Of a DNA stretch of 64,000 nucleotides, positions 1-10,832 are shown piece by piece. Under the pieces are notes generated by a model. That model saw only the letters and a program-made list of their open reading frames with translations, did not search any database and was not told where the DNA came from. The DNA is from Torpedo marmorata. Lineage: Eukaryota. The stretch covers positions 115,692,001-115,756,000 of the forward strand of contig OZ360225.1 in assembly GCA_977017645.1 (NCBI GenBank), given 5' to 3'. Position numbers and translations under genes: made by a program. Position 1 is the stretch's first letter; every line of letters starts with the position of its first letter.

Positions 1-3000
1 TTATTCTTGAATAGACATGTTTTGCTGTCAGCACAATTACAAGATAGGGTGACTCAAGTACAATATAAGGCGAGATTAATTTCTGACCATTCGCCTTTAT
101 TAATGTCATGCATAATTCCGGAAAAAGAAAAAATTATATATAGATGGAGGTTTAACTCTTCTTTACTAAAAAGAGCGGATTTTTGTAAATATATAAGAAG
201 AGAAATCCAAGAATTCTTACAGATCAACTCGGATTCGATTAAAAATAAATTTATTATTTGGGATGCTTTGAAAGCTTATTTAAGAGGTCAGATAATAAGT
301 TATTCAGCAAAAGTTAAGAAGGAAAATATTCAGGAATTGGATAACTTGGAGAAGGAGATTGAGTTTATGGAGAAGGATTTACGAAGAAAGAGATCAGAAG
401 AAAAGAACAAGGATTTAATTGAGAAAAAATTATATTATAATACGTTACAAACATATAAATTGGAAAAACTCATTGAAAGAACTAAGCAAAGGTTTTATGA
501 ATTGGGAGAAAGAGCTCATAAGGTTTTAGCCTGGCAATTAAAGAAGGAACAAACCTCTAGAACTATAACAGCTATAAAAAAGAATTCTAAGAAAATAACT
601 TATAAACCGCGAGAAATAAATGATTCTTTCAAAGATTTTTATTTGAATTTATATACATCTCAAGTCGATAAAGATGATTCTAAGATTAACAAATTTTTAT
701 CCAAAATTAAGATGCCCAGGTTAGATACACTTAGTAAAGAATCTTTAGATTCACCATTTACGATGAGGGAAGTTAATGAGGTTCATAGTTCTTTAACAAG
801 TGGGAAATCTCAGGGGGAGGATGGTTTCCCATCAGAATTTTATAAGAAATTTAAGGACTTATTGATACCTCCTTATATGGAGGTGTTAAAACAAATAACG
901 GAAACTCATTCTCTACCGGAAACCTTCTCAAATGCAATAATAACAGTCATACCGAAAAAAGATAGAGACTTGTTGAAAACAGAATCATATAGACCAATAT
1001 CATTGTTAAATGTGGACTATAAAATAATGGTGAAAATTTTAGCAAATAGAGTGGCTAAGTATTTACCAGATTTAGTTCATGTAGATCAAGCAGGCTTTAT
1101 TAAGAACAGATATTCAAAAGATAATATCGCTAGATTAATTAGTTTAATAAACGTGGCACAAAAGAGAGAGGAACTGGCATTAGTATTAACATTAGATGCC
1201 AAAAAGGCTTTTGATAGATTAGAGTGGAATTATTTATTTAAGGTACTGGAAAAATTCGGTTTTGGAAATACATTTATTAATTGGATTAAAACTATATATA
1301 AAGAACCTTCTGCTAGAGTGGTCACAAATGGACAAATATCTTCAAAATTCTCCTTAACTAGGTCTACTAGACAAGGTTGTCTGTCCTTTATCGCCAGCAT
1401 TGTTTATTTTAGCAATAGAACCTTTAGCTGAATTAATTAGACAAGATATTAAGATTGCAGGTATTAAAGTTGGTAATGAAGAACACAAAATTAGTTTATT
1501 TGCAGATGATGTATTGATATATATGACAAAACCTATTAATTCTTTAGTGCAATTGTCTGTTTTATAGAAAGAATATGGGGAAATATCTGGTTATAAGATT
1601 AATTCGGATAAAAGTGAAATTATGCCTTTAACACAAGGGGATTATAGTAAATGTAAAGAAATTACACAATTTAAATGGTCAGAGAAAGGAATTAAATATT
1701 TGGGAATAAAGATTGATACAAAATTAACTAATCTGTATAAATTAAACTATTTACCATTATTTGTGAATATAAAAAAAGATCTGGAGAGTTGGAAGGATTT
1801 ATCTATAACTCTAATGGGAAGGGTAAATTGTATTAAAATGAATGTTTTTCCGAGAATTCAATATCTTTTTCAATCAATTCCTTATGAAATTCCTCAGAAT
1901 TTTTTTAAAGATTTAAATTTAATTATTAGAGATTTTTGTGGAAAGGAAAGTTGGCTAGAGTAGGTATGGAGAAATTAACCTGGAATTATGAAATGGGTGG
2001 TCTACAACTTCCTAATTTTCAATATTACTATAAAGCAGCCCAACTAAAATTTATTAACAAACTGTTTGATTTAGGGAAACTCTCTGCTTGGATTAGAATA
2101 GAATTAAATAATATAGGAGAGGATTTGAAAGAAGAAGTTATTTATAAATGGAATTCTAAATTATTATTAACTAAAGGGAAAAATTCTCCTATTTTTAGGC
2201 ATTTGTTAGAAATATGGAATAGAGTGGATAGAGAAATAGGAGCGAAAGGGTCAATCTCTCGAAGAATGCCTCTGTATCAAAATAATCTTATCCCATTTAC
2301 TGTTGATAATCAATTATTTAAAATTTGGTTCCAAAAGGGAATTAAGGAAATAAATGATTGTTTTGAAGCTGGTAAATTTATTACGTTTCAAAGAATGAAG
2401 GATAAGTTTAATGTAGCAAATAATACAATCCTTGCTTACTATCAAATCAGAGTATTTTTAGTTGAAAGGTTGGGCCATAGTTTGATTTTACCAAGACAGA
2501 CGGAATTGGAATTATTAGTTACTACTGGAGGTGTTCCTAAATTTATTTCTCAAATGTATAGATTGTTACAGAAAAAATTGCCTAAACCATGAATTCACAA
2601 ATCAAGATTAAAGTGGGAAGCAGATTTGAATGTAACAATAGATGAAGAACACTGGAGGGAATTATGTAAACAAAGTATGACGAAGATTATTAATGTTAGA
2701 TATAGATTGGTGCAATATAATTTTTTTCATCAATTATATTTAACACCAAAAAGACTAAAGAAATTTAATCCGACATTATCTGCTTTATGTTTTAGATGTA
2801 ATAGTGAGGAAGGTTCCTTTGTACATTCTGCATGGCTTTGTCCAAAGATGCAGGATTTCTGGTTGAAAGTTAAAAAGTTTTTGGACAAAGTATTAAGAAT
2901 TACACTCCCAATGGATCCTATGATATTTTTGTTTGGAGATATTAAAGGAACCAGTGTTAAAATGAAATTAGATATGTATCAAACAGAATTTTTACGTATT

Positions 3001-3446
3001 GCTTTGGCCGTTTCTAAGAAATGTATTGCCATTACATGGAAATCAGATGTAGATTTAGGGTTAGAAAGATGGCATGCTGAATTGCGTTCATGTATACCAC
3101 TTGAAAAAATTACTTATAATTTACGTAATAAATATCATTTCTTTTTGAAAATATGGAGCCCATATATAAAAACTGTTGGTTTAAGGATTTGAGGATCTCC
3201 ACATATTTGATCTGACTGGCGGACCTGTGTTCCACTATAAAATTAGGTTATAGTAGTTTGTTTAGAGTGACATTCTCCTTACTTTATCTTTTTCTTCTCT
3301 CTTTCTTTCTTTTCGGGAGGGTTAGGGAGGGCAGGGAGGGAGGGAGGGAGGAAGGGGGGGTGAAAATGTATCACATGTAATTTGATAACATTGCAGTTTA
3401 AGCTATGTACTGTGTGATTTAAAATTTTAAATAAAATATATTTTTT
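1..3446 (+). mobile_element. L1-clade LINE, ORF2 (frameshifted) plus 3' UTR; 5' part lies outside the window
   Basis: ORF pieces 7-1431, 1622-1963, 1936-2592 and 2626-3192 give the APE C-terminus (ISDHSP), RT motifs (YRPISLLNVDYK, LDAKKAFD, RQGC, FADD near 1500) and the C-terminal CxxC..H....C motif. G-rich tract at 3315-3361 and AATAAA near 3430. Confidence 0.93.
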
Positions 3447-3800
3447 TAAAAATGGAAAAGCAGGGTGACTCCGGGGTGGCAGAGGTCGCAGTGGATTTTA
3501 CCCCGCTGCTGGTTGCTGAATATGAATGCGACTGAGCGTTGGTCAGTCAGCAGGGTAAACCTTTTGCCGGCGAGATAGTGCCTCCAGTGCCTGATAGCTT
3601 CCACTATGGCCTGGGCCTCTTTCTCCACCGCTGAGTGCTGAATTTCTGGGCCTTGAAGGGTACGGGAGAAGAACACCACCGGTCTTTCCGCCTGGTTGAG
3701 GGTAGCAGCCAGTGCGAAGTCGGACGCATCGCTCTCTACTTGGAAGGGAGTGGACTTGTCCACCGTGTGCATTGCTGCTCTGGCAATGTCCTTTTTATCA
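3447..3800 (-). mobile_element. Gypsy pol fragment (RNase H to start of integrase) with an internal deletion; same family as 10525-15008
   Basis: ORF 3446-3772 (ESDASDFALAA...EKEAQA...TDQRS) is near-identical to the intact element; GKI is joined directly to HCDLCHPG. Confidence 0.92.
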
Positions 3801-4113
3801 GGTCCCCAATGGCCTGCGCCGTGTCCGCGGGAGTACTCATCAACTCCCCTTCATCTTCCTTTTCTTCAGTACAATTAATGAGGGCTCCATGTCCCTGCTC
3901 CCATGTGGGGCCTCGCCTGATGAATCCGTTGAATTTGTTGAATTCGGAGGCCCTCCTACTGCCAGGGGTTGAGATCTACCCTTCTTCCCCATTCTGCTAA
4001 AGTTTCTCCTCTTTTAAATTCAAAAAATCAATATTTATCTTGTTTTAAATCAATGATGTAGAGAGAGCCCAGGAATCCACTTCTGCTCAGCTCCTCTGCA
4101 TCACATGACCTCC
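3801..4113 (-). mobile_element. Probable L1 5' UTR and start of ORF1
   Basis: Minus strand begins GGAGGTCATGTGATGC, resembling fish L1 5' ends; AT-rich UTR then ATG MGKKGRSQP... Confidence 0.55.
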
Positions 4114-4800
4114 TAAAACTGCTAGTTTTGATCAATGACGCATATTATATTAGCTCATGAATAAACTATCAAAATTTACTTGTTCATCTTTTCTTTATTC
4201 CTCCTTAAATTTGAATTTTAAAAGTACTGCCCGAGAATCCCGAAAATCCGTACTGACCTAATCTCCGAGCAGTCTGGAATTTTAGGACTTAAACAGTATT
4301 CAAGTGAAATGAATACAAGGTTAATGGAAACTTCCTCAAGGTGGAAAACCATCTCTGGTTATACAGTGCAAATGATGTGCTGACTTGTTCCTCCACACAA
4401 ACAATCCACAGTCAACCTACAATAACCACAAAGACTGTCAATTCCCTATTAAGGGGAAGATAACCTCTAACTTCTTGCAAAATTGAATAAACCTTGGAGC
4501 ACCCTAATCATTCTGTTGAGAATTGATCCAGTACATTATTAGAGAGTCCAGATTTCAGCACTCTCTGCAGCTTATGTGATGTGCAACATTTTATGCATAT
4601 CAGGTTTTTTTAAATCTCTGGGTGTCACTTTTAGCTATGCTTCTAATATGTCCAGACTAATTGTAATAAGAATTCCATTCTGGCAGATAACAAAATGTCA
4701 TTCATTAAGAATCATGTCTGATCAAAGGAAAATGACAATTGGTTGCTGCATTTTGAAATGTAATTTTTCTTTTCTTTAGTCATTAATTATTTTAAACCAA

Positions 4801-5016
4801 TTTTTTAGACATACAGCATGGTAACAGGCCCTCCTGGCCTAAGAGACCGTGTTGCCCAAATACACCAATTAACCTACAAACCCTGTAGGTATTTGGAAGA
4901 TGGAAGGAAACCGGAGCACGTGGAGGAAACCCACGCAGATACGGGGAGAATGTATAAACTCCTTACAAATAGTGCCGGATTTGAACCCTGGTCACTGGTG
5001 CTGTATTAGCGTTGCG
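4801..5016 (-). mobile_element. tRNA-derived V-SINE (HE1-like)
   Basis: B box GGTTCAAATCC, V-domain core GTGGGTTTCCTCC...GCTCCGGTTTCC, CR1-like tail. Confidence 0.82.
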
Positions 5017-5272
5017 ATTTTTATTCATTGCAGTTATAAAGCTCATTTGTGGCAAAACACTGATTTAATTAGGATATTGAAAATATTTTATTCAATTTAA
5101 TGCCAATTTGTTTAAATATTGTCTCCTTGCTGATTGAAAACAGAATTAATTTTGAAAAGAACCAAGCAATTTGAGTAAATTAATTCAAAACCAATAAAGT
5201 TTCTCTTCTCAGAGTTGTTACAATATTATTTTTGAGGCTCTATTGTATTAAAAATCTGAATTTATATTACAG

Positions 5273-5310
5273 AAAAATGTAACAGATTCAAGCAACCAAT
5301 TCGACGGAAG
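5273..5310 (+). CDS. Candidate 38-nt internal exon of an unidentified gene (KNVTDSSNQFDG+AG)
   Basis: Acceptor TTATATTACAG, donor AAG|GTAAAA; splice phase is compatible with the candidate exon at 9518. Confidence 0.35.
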
Positions 5311-7635
5311 GTAAAATATAAACTAAGATTTTGTCTCATTAAGGTTCAGTACTTGGAGATAAACTTCCTTTTCAAATATTCTCACCAAATATGGAAAGAG
5401 GTTTGGTGTCACAGAAATAATTACCTGCAGAATGCACAAAGGAAAGCATACTCAACAGTTCTGAACATTGTACAAAAAAACTTGACAGAGTGGAGTCCTT
5501 ATGATGTAACTATACATATTTTATCAGAATGTGAAATTTGTGATGTTGTATGGCCTTTTGTTCACACAACATAACAAGCATAAATGCAAGACCCTGATCA
5601 TGAATATCAGTAGAAAGTACTGACAATGCTTTGGAGATCAGTCAATATATGCAGAGAGAGAAATTGAGAAATATGTTCAGGTCAGTGACCTTCCATCAAA
5701 ATGAGGAATAGTTCAAATAACTTTCAAGATGTCATGAAAGAGAAAGTGAGCACAAGACAAGATCAGTGATAGGGTAGAAGCTAGAGAGATTGAATTTCGA
5801 AAATAGATGACAATGTTTTCCAGGAGAATTGTATATTTAGTCATAATTATGACTTTACAATATCTATGACACTAAAAAACTATTATTCTTCAAATGAGTG
5901 GAAAAGAATTCCCCCATTTTAAAATTCCCATGAGCTTTCTTTATTTTTAAAAAATTGCCCTACCTTAATCTAATTTCTCCTTACTTTTATCTCATTCTCT
6001 GTAAAATGTTTCAAAAAAGTTAGTTGAAAGATTGAGTTTCTCCCCTATTAACTGATTGTCAGGGACTTTGCATTATGATTGGTGCTCAGCTTGTTTGATA
6101 AATCCCAATTGCTGAATGCCAGAGATGACTTATAGCTAATTGTTATAAATGTTGTAATGAATACAAATGGTTGCTACTTTAAAGTTTCAGCTTCTGTTGC
6201 ATTGCTGCTTAACTGTCATTGTGTTGCTACATCATTTGTGGAAAAGCTACTGAAGGCCATCTCTGAAACCACTATGATCACTATGATTAACATTCATTCA
6301 CTCACCTTGGTCAGTCAATCTGTAATGGAGCAAAGTAAAAGCTAGGGATTGAAAGTGGGAGGAGAAATCCATGATTCACAGAAAACTTGGCACAAATACT
6401 AAAATGGAGGAAAAGAACAGACAACCAAATGAAAGAATAATGCAAGACGAGATGAAAAGTAGATAGGAGTATCAGAAACCACACTCCACCAGAAAAAAGT
6501 TGTCACTGTGTAAAGGTCATGAACCACAATGAGGGTAGAGTAGACAGTGGAGAAGCTGCTGTGAAACTTGAGGCAGCAACATTGGATACCGAATCCCATT
6601 CAAGGAAAAGGGAAGCTGTCATATGCAAGTTGATGACGATAAGAAACCCGAATGTTATGATTGCCAAAGGACAGAACTGATGATTGTATATTTTTCCACA
6701 ATCTATTTGAAACTTGATCTCTGGAAAGAAACTTGATGAACTGAAGGAGGTACTGAATGACTTCTATATTCAAAAGAAACTTCCCGTTGTTAATGTCCAG
6801 ATTGAAATTTGGTTACATGGACTTTGAAACTGAGGAACAATGAGGAAAGAACCTGGAGATCAATGGAAACAAAATAGTGAGAGAAGCAGTGACATTTGAC
6901 AAAGTACAAAGAAGCAATCCAGGTCACTCAAGAAGAATGAATTGCAGAACATTGTTTGTCAAGTCGAAGAGTTGGGAAATGTTGACTGACCATTACTCTC
7001 CATGAATGCTCCCGACCCACTGAGTTCCTCCAGCAGCTCTTTGTTTGCTCATAGATTCCAGCATCTGCAGTTAAAAAGGTAAAGGTTCGTCAAGAACCTT
7101 CTTTACAAAATAGGCAGACAAGTCTCAAAGAAATTTTCAAAGATGCTGTTGCATTAGAATTTATGATTTTTGTAATTGTCTGGGAACTCGAGGCACTGCA
7201 TCTATAAAATGTGAATGTACAGAGCTGTAGAAAAAGCACTGAAATAGAAATAAAACATGAAGGTAAAAGGTCCATTGTTTTCGATTTCCCGGGAAACAAG
7301 GGTCCAGGCAACACAAAAATGGAGATGAAAAGAGCATTCACATGTTAAACAACCCAGAACATTGTATCATAGAAATATTTCTTCAGAATATTCTTAAAAG
7401 TACATCATGGATCAAAATATGAAGGAGGAGTTTGAAGAAATTCCATCCATTGAGGATGCTGAGATTCTATAGATTTTACAACAATACCCAAATTGAAAGA
7501 TGCACAACATCGAGGGCCGAAGGGCCTATACTGTGCTGTAGTGTTCTATGTTCTATGTCTATTACTGGAAATTCCTCAGTCTTGGATGAAGAGGTGATAG
7601 TGGACCCAGTGACACTGTGGCTATTTGTGATTTTT

Positions 7636-8840
7636 ATCAAGTTTGCAGATGATACAACGGTAGTTGGCCTCATCAGCAACAACAATGAGTCACACTGCAG
7701 AGAAGAGGTGGGAAATCTCGTGATATGGTGCGAGAATAACAAGCTGTGTTTCAATGTAGACAAGGCAAAGGAGATGATTGTGGACTTCAGGAGGACCAGG
7801 AATGATCACCCTCCACTACACATTAATAGCTTGGTAGTAGAGAGAGTAGAGAGCACCAAGTTCCTCGGAGTCCGCTTAACAAGTGAACTATCCTGGATAC
7901 ACTTGTCAAGAAGGCGCAACAGCGACTGCACTTCCTCAGAAGACTGAGGCGGGCAAGGCTACCGGCCACCGTCCTTTCAACTTTCTACAGGAGCTCTATC
8001 GAGAGTGTCCTGGCCGGATGCATCACAGTATGGTACAGTTGCTGTAGAGCATTGGATCGGAGGTCAATCCATAGAACCACAAGAGCGGTAGAGAGGATCA
8101 CTGGAGTCTCCCTCCTCCCCCTCCCCCACCCATCGATGTGATCTACTGGGATCATTGTTTGAAGAGGGCGCACAAAATCGTTGAGGACCCCTACCATCCC
8201 GCACACAGGATCTCTCAGCTACTCCTGTCAGGAAAGAGACACAGGAGTATCAGATCCAGCACCACCAGGCTGAGAAACAGCTTCCCACGGGCAGTGAGAC
8301 TGCTGAACGACTGAATGAACTGCTCATACTAATCCTCCGAGACTCTCCTATTTATTAAACATTATTTACTTATTATTATATATGTATATTTGTTCTGCAT
8401 ATGTATCGCTTGTCTGTATGTGTGTTATGTCCAACTCTCAGGACAAGAAAAAACTCCAGAGGGTTGTTAACTCAGCCTGCGACATCACAGGCACCAGCCT
8501 TCACTCCATCGAGGACATCTACATGAGGCGGTGTCTTAAAAAAGCAGCCTCCATCCTCAAAGACCCCCACCACCCAGGCCATGCCCTCTTCACTCTGCTA
8601 CCATCGGGAAAAAGGTACAGGAGCCTGAAGACGAGCACTCAGCTGCACAAGGACAGCTTCTTCCCCGCTGCCATCAGATTCCTAAATAATCAATGAACCA
8701 AAGACACTGCCTTACTTTGACTTTTTGTGCACTATTTTTATTTATTTTTGTAAGGTGGTTTATATAAATGTTTGCACTGTGATGCTGCTGCAAAACAACG
8801 AATTTCGTTACTTGTTCATGACAATAAATTCTGATTCTGA
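7636..8840 (+). mobile_element. Two tandem Rex1/Babar LINE 3' fragments (junction near 8430)
   Basis: [12 protein letters not shown]...KEMIVDFRR; second fragment LPSGKRYRS...SFFPAAIRFLN; tail AATAAA(TTCTGA)n. Confidence 0.88.
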
Positions 8841-8907
8841 CCTCTAAATTTAAATTTTAAAAAAAATCTCAAAAGAAGAAAATGTGCTGAAAGACAATAT
8901 TGTAGAC

Positions 8908-9035
8908 CAGTGGTTTTCAAATTCTTTCCACTCACATACCACCTTAAGTAATCCCTATGCTAAGTAATCCCTGTGATTAGTAACGGATTACTTTAGGTGG
9001 TATGTGAGAGGAAAGAAAAAGTTTAAAAATCATTG
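8908..9035. mobile_element. hAT (Charlie-like) palindromic MITE
   Basis: Termini CAGTGGTTTTCAAA / TTTAAAAATCATTG with an internal palindrome. Confidence 0.7.
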
Positions 9036-9189
9036 TGTACACCATAAAACTACAGTGGAAATGGCAACAGAGAGCCCAAAAGAAATTTTGGTGAAAGATT
9101 AAGTGTAAATTCAAAGAAACACTTGTGGATTTGTAATGACACTGTTATGGCTGTTCAAGAGAAAGAAAAGGTAACATCCAAGGTAACAA

Positions 9190-9385
9190 TGGAATGTGTT
9201 GCTGGCAACGGTGGTGGAGGCAGGTACAATAGGATTCTTTTATGAGACGACAGTATTAGATAGGTACATGGAACCGAGAAAAAACAGTGGGGACATTCTT
9301 GGGAGTTGTTAGAGTAGGTTATTATGTCGGCTCAACACTGTGGGCCGAAGGGCCTGTACTGTGCTGTAGATTTCTATATTCTTAA
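9190..9385 (+). mobile_element. CR1 LINE 3' end
   Basis: Tail GTGGGCCGAAGGGCCTGTACTGTGCTGTA; the same tail occurs at about 7500-7560. Confidence 0.7.
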
Positions 9386-9517
9386 TCTAATCTGTAGTAC
9401 AGTAAATACATTGATTTTTTTCCTTAAATGGAAGTAATGTGATATATGTAATACTCTGAAAAATAATGGTTGTCACTTTAAGGCTGTGGCTTTTATATGT
9501 ATTGCTCTTTGTTCCAG

Positions 9518-9617
9518 TCTTCGGAAATCCACTAATAAAAAAGGTTTGAAACCCCGAAGTCTGTATTATGAGCCCTATGGTTTGGATAGCTGTAGAAAAA
9601 ACACATTTCTCACTTAA
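9518..9617 (+). CDS. Candidate terminal coding exon of an unidentified gene (LRKSTNKKGLKPRSLYYEPYGLDSCRKNTFLT*)
   Basis: Acceptor GCTCTTTGTTCCAG, open frame to TAA 9615-9617, AATAAA at 9751 and 9811, non-repetitive context. Confidence 0.42.
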
Positions 9618-10027
9618 GGGAAAAACAGCTCAAGGACAGTTGTCAGGAATAGAATGCTTATGTAACCCAGAGACCGCCTGTATATGTTTTCACAGAGACT
9701 TCCTGTATATGTTGAGTTCTATAGGCAAGAAATTTGTCTTTGTTGTTTGTAATAAAAATGCATAAATAATAGCAATGTATCTGGTTATAAAAGTCAGCTG
9801 CCCTGAAATCAATAAAAGCCAATTGCAGAAACAAGGCATGCAGAGTATAACCTGCTGGCATTATTAAATATGTATGTTCCCTGCAAGCAATCAATTAATT
9901 TTTACCCCGAGCATATGTGGTTCCATAAATAATGGGCTTGAATCTCTTGTTATTTTTGTTACTTTATTCTTGATTATGAAACTTCATGGAATGTATGTTC
10001 ATGCACTTAACAAACTCTTTGTATTTC

Positions 10028-10250
10028 CACAAAAATGCTGGAGAAACTCGGCAAGTCACGCAGCGTTCTTTATGTCGCAAAGCTAAAGATACATAACCAA
10101 CGTTTCGGGCCTGAGACCTTCATCAAGGTTTCAAAACGTTGGTTATGTATCATTATCTTTGCGACATAAAGAACGCTGCATGACTTGTCGCGTTTCTCCA
10201 GCATTTTTGTGTAAACTACAATCACAGCGTCTGCAGATTTTCTTGTTAAA
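10028..10250. mobile_element. Penelope-derived palindromic short element with a hammerhead-like core in the loop
   Basis: 78-bp inverted arms 10028-10105 / 10134-10211 (5 mismatches); minus strand reads TTGATGAAGGTCTCAGGCCCGAAAC. Confidence 0.75.
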
Positions 10251-10524
10251 CTCTTTCTTTGGTTTATTACATAGTATTGACCAAACTTAATGATTAACAT
10301 TTTATTGTCCAAACAATATATTGAATTGGAATTATCTGTATCTGCAGTAAATATTAATGTAAAATATCAATTTTACCACTCAGTATTCAAAGCCTAAATT
10401 GCTGAGAATATAAATGATTCAGTAAGCATTTTCTGCAGTTTTAGCCTCATGACGATCATGTGTAGAAAATGAGTACCTCAAAAGCAATTGCAATCCATCA
10501 GTGAAGCAACTTCACAGTTGTCAC

Positions 10525-10759
10525 TGATGAGCCCATCAATAACTCCAAAAAGACTAGAAGTTATACAAGGATTGAAAGGCTTTTATTAGCAAAAGAATGG
10601 AGCTGCATTCGTGCTGATGATCTGTCCCGGACTGGGGGAGGAGCCGTGGCACAATGGCCTTTATTCAAGGGGGTTTGTGGGAGGAGCCACCGGGACAGTC
10701 AGCAGGGCATGTCCAGACCTATCACCTAGCCCACAATGCATATACAGTGGTTTACCACA
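10525..10759 (-). repeat. 3' LTR of the Gypsy element
   Basis: 235 bp, 5 substitutions relative to 14774-15008; PPT adjacent at 10760-10774. Confidence 0.97.
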
Positions 10760-10832
10760 TTCACCCCTCCTTTTAAAAGAGTCCAGCGGGGTGAAGTGTA
10801 TAATAACAATTACATTAACATTAACATTAACA

